64,000 nucleotides of DNA, from contig NC_088792.1 in assembly GCF_011386835.1 (NCBI RefSeq), positions 36,890,001 through 36,954,000 on the forward strand, given 5' to 3'. Positions 38,525 to 51,172 of the stretch are shown piece after piece; position 1 is the stretch's first letter, and each line of letters begins with the position of its first letter. A model generated the notes under the pieces. It saw nothing but the letters and a program-made list of their open reading frames with translations, was not told the DNA's origin and did no database searches. A program made the translations under genes and the position numbers. The DNA comes from Chrysemys picta bellii. Its lineage: Eukaryota.

Positions 38525-39445
38525 TCTGTTTCTATTCCCAACAGACATGACCTAGACCAGGTAGTTGGGGTGCCGGATCGCATCTGGTTGTTGCTGGATT
38601 GGTGGTTGGACCCCAGGTCAGTGTTGGAGGGAGTTCTTTTCGTGGCCCCGTCCCTGTTGCTGATTCTGGTCTCCGATGCTTCGGACCTGGGCTGGGGGGT
38701 CTATCTGGGCGAGCTCAACATGCAGGGCTGCTAGTTGCAGGACGATCTTGCCCTCCACATCAACATCGGGGAACTCAGAGCGGTTTGCCTGGCCTCCCAG
38801 GCTTTCTTGCCCCACCTGAAGGGCAAGGTGGTGCAGGACCTTCGGACAATACCGCCGCGATGTATTACATCAACAGGCAGGGCGGAGCCAGGTCGTCGGC
38901 CCTTTGCCAAGAAGCTCTCTGCCTTTGGGACTTGTGTGAGGCATGCCATTCATCTGGTAGCCGCGCATCTACCCGGGACCAGGAACGTGTTAGCAGATCA
39001 CCTCAGCAGGGACCATCTCGTCTCACCACGAGTGGTCGCTCCATCCAGAGGCGGTCAGTACAATCTTCCAGAGGTGGGGGACTCCTCAAGTGGACCTGTT
39101 CGCGCCCAGGCAGAACAGAAGTGCCATGTGTTCTGTTCGATCCGGGGTATGGACAGGAGCTCCCTGTCAGATGCGTTTCTCATCTCGAGGGCGCTGGTGC
39201 ACGCCTGCCTGCCAGTGCCGTTGATTTACAGAGTCCTCCTGAAGATCAAAAAAGACAGGGTGAAGGTTATCCTAATAGCTCTCGCGTTGCCTCGCCAGCA
39301 CTGGGTCGGCACGCTGCTGGACCTTTCGATAGCTGCCCCACTGCAACTACCCTTTTGGCTGGATCTGCTGTCCCAGAACCACAGCAGCCTTCTGCACCCA
39401 AATGTGGTGGTGGTACACTTGACAGCATGGCTACTGCATGGCTAA
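38525..39445 (+). pseudogene. DIRS RT C-terminal tail, RNase H and Dam-like methyltransferase domain (frameshifted)
   Basis: SDASDLGWG (38672), HINIGELRAV, DNTAAMYYINRQGG, NVLADHLSR, WGTPQVDLFA, VILIA..PRQHW. Confidence 0.88.
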
Positions 39446-39449
39446 ATGC

Positions 39450-40443
39450 GGATGAACGGTGATGCTCAGCCCAGGTTCAGCAGGTCTTGTGGGGGTAGTA
39501 CGGTAGGAAACCCTCCACCAGAGTGACTTACCTGGCCAAGTGGAAAAGGTTCACGTGCTGGACCTCGGAACAGCGTATCTGGGCCAAGCAGGCCTCGCTG
39601 CAGGAGATCCTGGATTATCTTCTGCACCTCAAACTCCAAGGTTTGTCCCTGTTATCGATCAGGGTCCACCTGGCCACTATATCAGCTTTCCACCCTTTGT
39701 TCCAAGGCAGGTCAGTCATTGCTTGTGACATGACGGCCCGGTTTTTGAAAGATCTGGAGCATCTCTACCCACATATCCGGGATCCCGCTCCCTCCCTGGG
39801 ACCTGAATCTCGTGTTGTCAAGGCTCCTGGGGTCTCCCTTTGAGCCTCTGGCTTCCTGCTCTCCCTTGGAAGGTTTCATTCTTAGTTGTGATAAAGTCGG
39901 TCTGCAGCGTGTCCGAGATCAGGGTGTTTATTTCAGAACCACCCTATATGGTATTCTGCAAGGATAAGGTCCAGCTGCGACTGCACCCGGCATTTCTGCC
40001 CAGGACATATACTTACCTGTCTTCTTTCCAAAGCCTCATGCGTCAGAGGAGGAATGTAGTCTGCATGCCCTGGATGTTAGGAGGGCACTGGCCTTCTACA
40101 TAGATAGGACAAAGCTGTTCCATAAGTCAGTGCAGTTGTTCATTCATGTGGCAGATAGAATGAAGGGTTGCCCAGTGTCTCTGCTCAGAAGATTTTGTTC
40201 TGTATCACTGCCTGCATCTGCTACTGCAATGAGCTGGCAAACATGCCTCCGCCGGCAATTGTGACAGCACACTCGACTAGGGCACAGGCCTAGTCAGTGG
40301 CCTTCCTGGCACAAGTTCCAATCCAAGAGATCTGTAGGGCCGCTACCTGGTCATCTGTCCACACATTCGCGTCTCATTAGGCACTTACCCAGCAAGCTCG
40401 AGACGACGCTGGCTTTGTCAGAGCAGTGCTGCAAGCTGTATAA
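39450..40443 (+). pseudogene. DIRS tyrosine recombinase, disrupted
   Basis: TYLAKWKRF, RVHLATISAFH, LDVRRALAFY, HSTR (40270-40281), ATWSSVHTFASH*; catalytic Tyr position is TAG (40378-40380). Confidence 0.88.
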
Positions 40444-40485
40444 CCGTGAACTCCGAGCCCACATCCATGGACACTGCTTGTGAGA

Positions 40486-40584
40486 CACCTAGAATGGCAT
40501 TGACATGAGCAAGCACTCAAAGAAAACTGTTACCTTCCTTTTGGTAACTATTGTTCAAGATGTGTTGCTCATGTCCTTTCCATT
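40486..40584 (+). repeat. DIRS internal complementary region (ICR)
   Basis: first half complementary to the start of the left ITR; second half complementary to the end and 3' extension of the right ITR. Confidence 0.88.
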
Positions 40585-40611
40585 ACCCGACCTCCTGCCC
40601 CTCTGTTGGAG

Positions 40612-40824
40612 TTGCGGGCAAGAAGGAACTGCGAGGGCGTAGGGCTGGCGGCGCCTGATATACCGACGCATGAGCACAGCACTCAAGGGGGCGCCATAGC
40701 TGACCCTACGGATACTGCTAAGGCAAAAATCTCTGACGACCGTGGGTGGGTTCGCGCACACCTAGAATGGAATGGACATGAGCAACACATCTCGAAGAAC
40801 AACACTTATGAAAAGGTAGGTAAC
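40612..40824 (-). repeat. DIRS right inverted terminal repeat plus 3' extension
   Basis: inverted copy of the left ITR, then aacacttatgaaaaggtaggtaac and a T-run. Confidence 0.88.
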
Positions 40825-41531
40825 TGTTTTTTTCCAAGTCATGTGAAGAGACAGAAGTGTGTGTTTTTATATAGACTAAAGGGGGCTGGCAAAATCCATT
40901 CAGACCAAATCCTTTTTAGTGGAGGCCAGATGCCTGGTTTTGTCTCAGAAACTCTGCATATTTACTGAGTGTGTCTGCAGGGAGTTTGGACAATGAAAGT
41001 GATGAAAATGCAGCAAATAATAAAAAACTAAATGGTTGGCCTTTTTGGTTTGACTGGGGGGAGGGGGAATTGACGATAGGGAGTGCCCTTTTAATGAAGA
41101 CCGAGATTGTTTCTAACAAAGCCTGCGGACATGTCAGAGAATCAAATGAGATCTTACTCATTGCTCTATTTTAAGGTGCCCTATAATACATGGTGGTGAA
41201 TCCTATTGAGCAGCATACTACTCCCTTCTGCTGCCTTTTTCCTGAGATGGTGCATGCTGCAAAGAGTAATAGCTTCCGAATCTAAAAATCACTATTCACA
41301 GTGGTAATATGCAAGCTGAATAGGAAGCTGCTTTCAGTAATGGAAACCAATTGGACTGCTGAGGGAAGAGGGTGAGAGAGAGAGTAGGAAATTTAACAAA
41401 TGTTGTATGTCCACGCTTTCAAAGACACAATTTTGTGCTTGTGATTTTTGTTGCCTTTAATCAGAATTGGTTTTGATTGTATGACTTAAACATTTCCATT
41501 TTCTCCCCATTTGCTTTAAATTAACAAAAAG

Positions 41532-41981
<450 letters not shown>

Positions 41982-42056
41982 TAATCTTTTCTAGAAAGTT
42001 TATTATGAATATAGCAATACAGAGTCTGTGTGTGTCTCTCTCTTTTGAATATATAG

Positions 42057-42158
<102 letters not shown>

Positions 42159-42890
42159 TAGGAATTTTTTCATCAAATATTAATCCTCATTAGGGCCTTC
42201 AAATGATTGAGAGAAAAAATCAAGTGAAAACAACCTAATGAAGTAATAAACTTCTACATTTCTTTATTAAAAAGGCTGATGATTATGATTAAAATAGCTT
42301 ACACGTGTCAGCTGACAGTACATTTTTCTCTAACTGCCCAGGAATCACTGTAAATGGTTCCAAAACAGGAACATACTTTGTTCATGTCTCCATTGCATTG
42401 TATGTAGTAGGTTAGTATACAGTTAGTATCCTATTAATTTTTGCCCTCTGCCAAACTAACCTAACACATTTTCCTTCCTCCTCCCCTCACTGATCTCCTC
42501 ATGCTTCTGAAGTAGTTTGAAATAATGTAACCATGTGTGTCTGAATGTGTGTGTAACCACTATTCAACTTGGTAGCACACTGTGGGAATGGAATTTGTTG
42601 ACTTTAACTGCAGATGGAGCATATGCTGTTCTTTATAGGTTTGATATAAATAGTGGGGGTTTTAAAGAATTGTGTTTAAATTAGTAGTAGGTTAATTTTT
42701 ATCATCACAATCCAGTGATATTCCCAATCAAAGTATTAGAATTTATCAATTTAATTTGACATAAATTCTTTGAGCTATTTTTCCATTACAGCTGCTAGAT
42801 ATATTATGTAAAAGTTGAAACAGGTTAACTTCTGTTTTCTACAAAACTTCTCTCTCTCATGCAGTAAAACAGATTTTTTTCTTTTGTCAG

Positions 42891-42964
42891 ACAAATATGC
42901 AGATTTCATAGATGCCAATAGAAAAGAAGATCCTATTGAGCGGCTGAAAACACTTAAGAGGCTG
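42891..42964 (+). CDS. ARHGAP21: ARHGAP21 exon, RhoGAP ([25 protein letters not shown])
   Basis: ttgtcag|ACAAAT; CTG|gtatgc; 74 nt. Confidence 0.96.
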
Positions 42965-43022
42965 GTATGCTGACTTTGAATACATTTTAAATGCAGTACA
43001 ATTTAGCACTAAAATATTTTAA

Positions 43023-43184
<162 letters not shown>

Positions 43185-43433
43185 TAAACAAATTTCATTG
43201 TGTGGGATTATTTCAGGTGATAAACCCATCTGTGTCAATCCAGGGTTTTATTGGTTAAGGTCGGTAAAGTCAACATAAGGCCCTTTGCTGTGTTGAGGAG
43301 CTTTTGGATGAGACTTGTCTGTATACAAAGTGTGTACTGGTGTAACTAAAATTCATTTTTATTTACTTGAAACTGGGTACAAACCACCTGTGTGGGCACA
43401 ATTAAGTTGTTTTACAACTGGCTTTATATACAT

Positions 43434-44433
43434 CAGGGGTTGGCAACCTACGGCACGTGTGCCAAAGTTGGCACGCGAGCTGATTTTTCCTGGCACGCGG
43501 CGTGGGCTGAGCCGCTCAGCCCCACCGCCACTCTGGAGTTCTCGCTGCCAGCTGCCGGCTCCTGCGGGACTCGCCGCGGGTCCAACTCAGCACCTGCTGC
43601 TGGCCTGGGGGGGAAGGAACCCCAGGCTGGCAGCGGGCTGAGACCCTGGCTGGCAGGAGCCGCCGGTGAAAACCCCAGAGCTGCGGCGGGCTGAGCCGCT
43701 CAGCCCACGCCGCGTGCCAGGAAAAGTTCCTGCTGCCGGCTCCTGCCAGCCGGGGTCCCCGCGGGTCCAACTCAGCACCCGCTGCTGGCCTGGGGTTCCT
43801 TCCCCCAGGCTGGCAGCGGGCTGAGATCCCAGCTGGCAGGAGCCAGCAGCCGAAACCCCAGAGCGGGGGTCGGGCTGAGCCTCTCAGCCCGCCCCGCTCT
43901 GGAGTTCCCGCTGCCGGCTCCTGCCAGCCGGGTCCCCGCGGGTCCCACTCAGCACCTGCTGCCGGCCTGGGTGAAGGAACCCCAGGCTGGCAGCGGGCTG
44001 AGACCTCAGCTAGCAGGAGCTGGGGGCAGAAACCCCAGAGTGGCGGCAGGCCGAGCCAGTCGCTGCTTTGGGGTTCTGGCTGCTGACCCCTCGCCAGCAT
44101 GGGTCTCTACCGCGCAGCTCCACTCACCGTGCTTCCGGTTGGAGGCTCTCTTGCAGACAGGGTCCAGGCCTCCAGCCCTGGTCAGGCCTACCAGCCACCT
44201 ACTCCACTCACCTCAGCTGCCAATCTTGGTTTCCAGCCCTTGCTCATCCTGCTTTCGGGCCTGGGGTCCCAGCAGGCCACCCTTTACATATAACAGTAGT
44301 TTGGTTATATATTATAGACTTATAGAGAGACCTTCTAAAAAGCGTTAAAATGTATTACCGGCACGCGAAGCCTTAAATTAGAGTGTATAAATGAAGATTC
44401 GGCACACCACTGCTGAAAGGTTGCCGACCCCTG
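43434..44433. mobile_element. Non-autonomous hAT element (1 kb) with a GC-rich internal repeat array
   Basis: TIR caggggttggcaacct / aggttgccgacccctg; degenerate TSD atatacat / at-tacat. Confidence 0.88.
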
Positions 44434-45418
44434 ATTACATATTGTTTAATTCTGTAACTTCAACATAATCAGTTGTAAACTGATTTACGTGGGCCCATGC
44501 AAGGTTGCAACTAGTTGAACTGAACCGTTCAAAACCAATTTCAGTTAAAATGGTGCACATTTTCTGTGCAGACCTGGGAAGTCTGCTCAGTCTGTTTACT
44601 ATCTGATAATTAATGTTAAAGATCTCATGAAAATAGGGTCTGCCATTATTTCATTTAAAAAAGGTCTCATTCTCCCACTGCTGTGTAGTACATTATACTC
44701 TACTTGATTTCAGTGTTCTACAGTTCTCAAGATTGGGCCCATACTTTGTATAGTGTGTTAGGATCCTTCAGAATAAAATACTCTGGGTAAAACTTAAAAA
44801 CCGCCTAAGTCTTATAGTCAAATGTCATTTTGGTGTTTAAGTGTCTGTCTAGTTAACTTTCAGTGAGACTTAAGCTCCCAAGCACCTACGTCGCTTTTGA
44901 AAATTGGACTTAGTCTCTTAAATCACTGAAATGATTTTGAAAATTTTACCCTCTATCTAAATAAGTGTGATCGTTTGTTACAAATAATAATCAGATTTTG
45001 TGGGTGAATAAAAGCAAACCTGTAAGAAATGATGACAGCACAAACCATTTATAATATACATTTTTGTGCAATGCTAAGAGCACTGTTCAGGGTGCTGTCT
45101 GATGGTAATTAGACCTTTAGCATTTAATATATCAGAAGGGTTTTGTAAAAAATTCAGCTAATGAATCCTCATAGCATAAAGAACTAGTGTGGTGGTATCC
45201 CAGTTTTACAGAGCAGTGATCTGACTTGACCAAGGCAACACACTGAGTCAAAGCTAGGATTCGGACTCAGGACATCCAGACTTGTGGTCTTGTTCTCATT
45301 CTTGTGGATCACGGTACCCCCCATTTATTATGAGTTTATTCCATGTCATGAGCATGAGAAGATAAACTGTAAGCCACAATATATAATAAAGCATAGTAGA
45401 AGTGCTGTGCTTATTCTT

Positions 45419-48400
45419 AGAATCATAGAAGTTTAGGGTTGGAAGAGACCTCAGGAAGTCACCTAGTCCAATCCCCTGCCCAAAGCAGGACCAACACCAA
45501 CTAAATCATCCCAGCCAAGGCCTTCAAAACCTCTAAGGATGGAGATTCCAACACCTCCCTAGGTAACCCATTCCAATGCTTCACCACCCTCCTAGTGAAA
45601 TAGTTTTTCCTAATATCTAACCTAGACCTCCCCCACTGCAACTTGAGACCATTGCTCCTTGTTCTGTCATCTGCCACTACTGAGAACAGCCGAGCTCCAT
45701 CCTCTTTGGAACCCCCCTTCAGGTAGTTGAAAGCAGCTATCAAATCCCCCCTTACTCTTCTTTTCATCAGACTAAATAAGCCCATTTCCCTCAGCCTCTC
45801 CTCATAAGTCATATGCCCGAGCCCCTAACCATTTTCGTTGCCCTCCGCTGGACACTCTCCAATTTGTCCACATCCTTTGTGTAGTGGGAGGCCCAAAACT
45901 GGACACACTACTCCAGATGTGGCCTCACAAGTGCCAAATAGAGGGGAATAATTACTTCCCTCGATCTGCTGGCAATGCTCCTACTAATACAGCCCAATAT
46001 ACCATTAGCCTTCTTGGCAACAAGGGAACACTGTTGACTCATATCCAGCTTCTTATCCATTGTATTCCCCCCAGGTTCTTTTCTGTAGAACTGCAACTTA
46101 GCCAGTTGGTCTCCAGCCTGTAGAAGTGCATGGGATTCTTCCATCCTAAGTGCAGGACTCTGCACTTTTCGTTGTTGAACCTCATCCGATTTCTTTTGGC
46201 CCAATCCTCCAATTTATCTAGGTCACTCTGGACCCTATCTCTACCCTCCAGCATATCTACCTCTTCTCCCCCTCCCCACCTTAGTGTCATCTGTGAAATT
46301 GCTGAGGGTGAAATCCATCCCATCATCCAGATCATTAATGAAGAGGTTGAACAAAACCGGCCCCAGGACAGACCCCTGGGGCTCTCCACTTGATACCGAC
46401 TGCCAACTAGAAATCAAGCTGTTGATCACTACCCGTTGAGCCCGACAATCTAGCCAGCTTTCTAGTCACCTTTATAGTCCATTCATCCAATCCATACTTT
46501 TTTAACTTGCTGGCAAAATACTGTGGGAGATCGTAACAAGCTTTGCTAAAGTCAAGATCTATCACGTCCACTGCTTTCCCCATATGCACAGTGTCAGTTA
46601 TCTCCTCATAGAAGGCAGTCAGGTTGGTCAGGCATGACTTGCCCTTGGTGAATCCATGTTTATTGTTCCTGATCACCTTCCTCTCTTCCAAGTGCTTCAA
46701 AATGGATTCCTTGAGGACCTGCTCCATGATTTTTCCAGAGACTGAGTTGAGGCTGACCAGTCTGTAGTTCCCTGGATTCTCCTTCTTCCCTTTTTTAAAC
46801 ATGGGCGCTATATTTGTCTTTTTCCAGTTGTCCGGGACCTCCCCCAATCACCACGAATTTTCAAAGATAATGGCCAGTGGCTCTGCAATCACATCAGCTA
46901 ACTTCCTCAGCACTCTCTGATGCAGTGCATCCGGCCCTAAGGACCTGTGCATGTCCAGCTTTTCTAAATAGTCTTTAACCTCTTTTTTCACCACTGAGGG
47001 CTGCTCACCTCCTCCCCACACTGCGTTGAGTACTTCAGCTTTTTCCACATTTTCTGTCACTAGGTTGGCTCCCCCATTCAGTAAGGGTCCCACACTTTCC
47101 CTGACCCACCTTATTGCTAACATACCTGTAGAAACCCTTCTTGTTACCCTTTACATCCCTTGCTAGCTGCAACTCTAATTGTGCTTTAGCCTTCCTGATT
47201 ACACCCCTCCATGCTCGAGCAATATTTTTATACTCCTCCCTTGTCATCTGTCCAGATTTCCACTTCTTGTAAGCTTCCTTTTTGTGTTTAAGATCACCGA
47301 AGATTTCTCTGTTAAGCCAAACTGGTCGCCGGCTATATTTGCTATTCTTTCTGCACCTCGGGATGGTTTTGTTCCTGCGCCGTCAATAAGGCTTCTTTAA
47401 AATACAGCCAGCATTCTTGGACTCCTTTTCCCCTCATATTAGCCTCCCAGGGAATCCTGCCTATCAGTTCCCTGACGGAGTCTGCTTTTCGAAGTCCAAG
47501 GTCCGTATTCTGTTGCTCTCCTTTCTTCCTTTTGTCAGGATCCTGAACTCAACCATCTCATGGTCACTGCTGCCCAGGTTGCCACCCACTTTTACTTCCC
47601 CTACCAATTCTTCCCTGTTTGTGAGCAGCAGGTCAAGAGGAGCACGGCCCCTACTTGGTTCCTCCAGCACTTGCACCAGGAAGTTGTCACCAACACACTC
47701 CAAAAACTTTCTGGATTGTCTGTGCACTGCTTCATTGCTATCCCAGCAGATGTCAGGGTGATTGAAGTCCCCCATGAGAACCAGGATCTGATATCTGAAA
47801 ACTTCTGTTAGTTGTCCGAAGAAAGCCTCGTCTACCTCATCCTCCTGATCTGGTGGTCTATAGCAGATGCCCACCACAACATCACCCTTATTGCTCTCAC
47901 CTCTAAACTTAACCCAAAGAGACTCAACAGGCTTTTCTCCAGTTTCAAACTGGAGCTCTGAGCAATCATACTGCTCTCTTACATACAGTGCAACTCCTCC
48001 ACCTTTTCTCCCCTGCCTGTCCTTCCTGAACAGTTTATACCCATCCATGACAGTACTCCAATCATGAGAGTTACCTCACCAAGTCTCTGTTATTCCAGTC
48101 ACAGCATAGTTTGTTGACTGTGCCAGGACTTCCAATTCTTTCTGCTTGTTTCCCAGGCTTCTTGCATTCATGTACAGGCACCTAAGATAACTAGATGAAT
48201 GCCCTACTTTCTCAGTATGAATCAGGCGGCCTCCCCTGTTGCACACTCCTCCTTGTGTTTCCTTGCAGTATCCCATTTACCTCCGGGCTTAGGTCACCAT
48301 CCCCCGGCGAAACTAGTTTAAAGCCCTCCTCACGAAGTTAGCAAGCCTACCTGTAAAGATGCTCTCCCGTCTCTTCGTTAGGTGGATCCCATCTCTTCCT

Positions 48401-48608
48401 AGCAATCCTTCTTCCTGAAACAACATCCCATGGTGGAAGAATCCAAAGCCCTCTCTCCGACACCACCTGCACAACCACACATTTACCTCCACAATTTGAT
48501 GGTTCCTACCTTGGCCTTTTCCTTCAACAGGGAGGATGGACAAGAACACGACTTGTGCCTCAGACTCCTTTATCCTTCTTCCCAGAGCCATGTAGTCTGC
48601 AGTGACCT
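45419..48608 (-). mobile_element. CR1 LINE, 3.2 kb, antisense: end of ORF1 (SGNH esterase-like), APE endonuclease, RT and 3' end; frameshifted
   Basis: LLGRDGIHLT (ORF1); LYMNARSLGNK..GITETW and LMGDFNHPD (EN); [23 protein letters not shown] (RT); 3' ttctatgattct. Confidence 0.96.
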
Positions 48609-49455
48609 GCATACTTGCTTATGGCTTTTGTCATAGGTGCAGTTTAAAAAGCAGATGATATATAGAATGAGTGGTTTGTGTGCTGAGGAGATTCTGACAC
48701 ATTTGGGTATTTAAGTATGATAGACTCTCACATAAGGTCCAAAATGCTGGCTGCCATCTCCAGAGGTGAATGGGAGTAGAATGGGTTCTGTGCATCACAG
48801 GCGAGGGTGTGCACAGACCCTGGAGATTTCCATACCTTTTGAGAGAAGTGTTTGATTAGTAACTGAAATTCTTCCCTGGTCGAATAAAACACTTTGAGAT
48901 AAAATACAGTTTGGAAGTTTCCCAGTACTTAACGTATCTAGAAGATGCTTAAATACCTTAATTAGAAGGCACTGTTTTTTACAGTTACTATTTTTACATA
49001 ATCTAGTTTTTATGTAAAATCAATAATGAAGGTGGAAGATATGAGAGTCCTTTTTTAATTTAGCTTTTTCCTGGTTGTAAACAACAGTTTGGGTTCTGAA
49101 CTCCAATAAAGGAGTATATGTTCCACTGTACAGAAGTGGACCAGGTTTTGTATAGAGGCATCTTTGCCTTTTTATCTGAAATGTACATTTTATAAAAGGT
49201 TTAATGTATCAGACTTCCTGGCATGGTAATATGAGCACTACTGAAAATCTTTTGAATGTCATTAGTTTAACTGGCTTCAAAAACAACAGCAATAATAGCT
49301 ATAAAACTGGTTGTTATGCATTGCACAAATAAAGACTAAGTTAGATAGACTATTAGGAAGCTTCAGTGGCACCTAATGTATTTTATTGTAATGGGTATTT
49401 ATTGTATATCCCTATTATAAATGTGTAATGCAGATCTACTTCCATTACTTGATAG

Positions 49456-49716
<261 letters not shown>

Positions 49717-49767
49717 TGATTGTTTCACTTCCTGTGGGGTTTTCACTTTTTTTATTTTAAATTGTAG

Positions 49768-49809
49768 CATGACTGGTTTTTCACAGAAGATGGTGCCGTG
49801 GAGCCTCTT
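49768..49809 (+). CDS. ARHGAP21: ARHGAP21 42-nt exon (HDWFFTEDGAVEPL)
   Basis: ttgtag|CATGAC; CTT|gtaagt. Confidence 0.94.
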
Positions 49810-50130
49810 GTAAGTATTGTTCCTTAAATATTTGTGTTCTAATTCATTTTAGTTTAGAACACGGTCCAGATATCCTTAGAATGCATAATATTTCTTGCTG
49901 CACCATTGTATGCTTTGCTCTTCAGAAACACCTTTCTAGCTCTCCAGTCACTGCAGTAATAAAAGAACTAATAAGAAGTTCCGTGTGTTTTTGTTAAAAG
50001 CAATGTGGAAAAATTAGAGCTCATGAGGAAACTGTCCTCAGGTGAAATAGTGCTGTTTTCTAAATGTTGTTGAATCTTAATGAATTAATTGTGAAACGAT
50101 GATGAAGAGATCTTTGTTTATTAACTGTAG

Positions 50131-50236
50131 ACAACAGTTCAGGAGGAAAACACTGTAGAATCTCAGCCAGTGCCAAACATAGATCATTTACTCACCAACA
50201 TTGGAAGGACGGGAGTATCTCCTGGAGACGTATCAG
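50131..50236 (+). CDS. ARHGAP21: ARHGAP21 exon (TTVQEEN...[21 protein letters not shown])
   Basis: ctgtag|ACAACA; CAG|gtaact; 106 nt, phase 0/1. Confidence 0.95.
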
Positions 50237-50399
50237 GTAACTCTTCCCTGGACAGTGTTAGTCTGTAGGCTAGAATAACCTACTCTATTAATTCACTGTA
50301 ATTTTCTATTTTCTTTTACTAATAAGTTGGGTTTTTTTCTTCTAAACAATCGTGAGTATTTTTAAGTGTCTATAGTGGTGCTTGTATGCAGTGGGGTTG

Positions 50400-50514
50400 T
50401 CGCCGTATTGGTTCCAGGATATTACAAGGGCAAGGTGGGTGAGGTAATATCTTTTATTGGCTCAACTTCTGTTGGTGAGAGAGACAAGCTTTTGAGCTTA
50501 CACAGAGCTGTATG
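50400..50514. repeat. Probable Penelope-like element terminal remnant
   Basis: ggtgggtgaggtaatatcttttattgg..caacttctgttggtgagagagacaagcttttgagcttacacagagct resembles recalled turtle PLE ends. Confidence 0.45.
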
Positions 50515-51040
50515 ATATAGATTGGAAAGCTTTGCTGACAAATAGAAGTGTAATCGTTGAAAGACTGAGGGCCAACAAGCATACACACACTGTTTTATTT
50601 ATTCACAATTTCCATGTAATAATCATCACAAGGTCAAATAGATATGTACTGCTGTATAAGTGGTTGCTGTGAAGGCAGAAAGTTTTACCTTCTACACTGT
50701 TCTAAATAGATCTTCATCCCAAAGTTAGGAATGCAGTTAAAACTTGTTACTTTGCTTGTCAACAGATGACATTTTCATAAGTATACTGCAATATTTTTAT
50801 CTTAAAGCTGATTTCCTTCTGTTTATCAATTGCCATCCTGTCGGTTTGGCTAAGTACTAGCATTGCAGGCGTGTTCTTGGTGACTTTTTTACTCACACTG
50901 TACTGTTGCACTAACCCAGCATGTTTCCCACAAAAGGTATCCCTTTGTCTCTAGCTTTTGTTTTAGTTTTTCAAGGGTTGTTCAGCACTTACTGAAACAG
51001 TCACTCTATACTGATGTTGAAACAGGTGAAGTGGGAGGAG

Positions 51041-51172
51041 NNNNNNNNNNNNNNNNNNNNNNNNNNNNNNNNNNNNNNNNNNNNNNNNNNNNNNNNNNNN
51101 NNNNNNNNNNNNNNNNNNNNNNNNNNNNNNNNNNNNNNNNNNNNNNNNNNNNNNNNNNNNNNNNNNNNNNNN
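51041..51172. other. Assembly gap (132 N)
   Basis: run of N in the sequence. Confidence 1.

Larger units (their letters stand above)
36741..40830 (+). mobile_element. DIRS1-type tyrosine-recombinase retrotransposon, internally deleted and inactive
   Basis: inverted terminal repeats, ICR, gag Zn-finger-like N-terminus, RNase H, Dam-like MT and YR motifs in the expected order; RT catalytic core absent. Confidence 0.93.

Noticed and set aside
37217-38949. Minus-strand ORFs across the DIRS element
   Set aside because: Antisense shadows of GC-rich gag and RNase H sequence with no recognisable motifs.
43315-44348. Several 60-194-aa ORFs on both strands
   Set aside because: By-products of the GC-rich repeat array inside the hAT element.
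50237-50270. Read-through [10 protein letters not shown] after the 50236 donor
   Set aside because: Ordinary intron read-through with no independent evidence of a terminal exon.
50470-50514. Possible hammerhead ribozyme in the Penelope-like remnant
   Set aside because: On the minus strand the CTGANGA core is missing and CGAAA reads CAAAA, so no intact ribozyme.
50937-50944. GTATCCCT resembling a U12-type donor
   Set aside because: Imperfect match to GTATCCTT, no matching U12 branch site, and it does not border an established exon.
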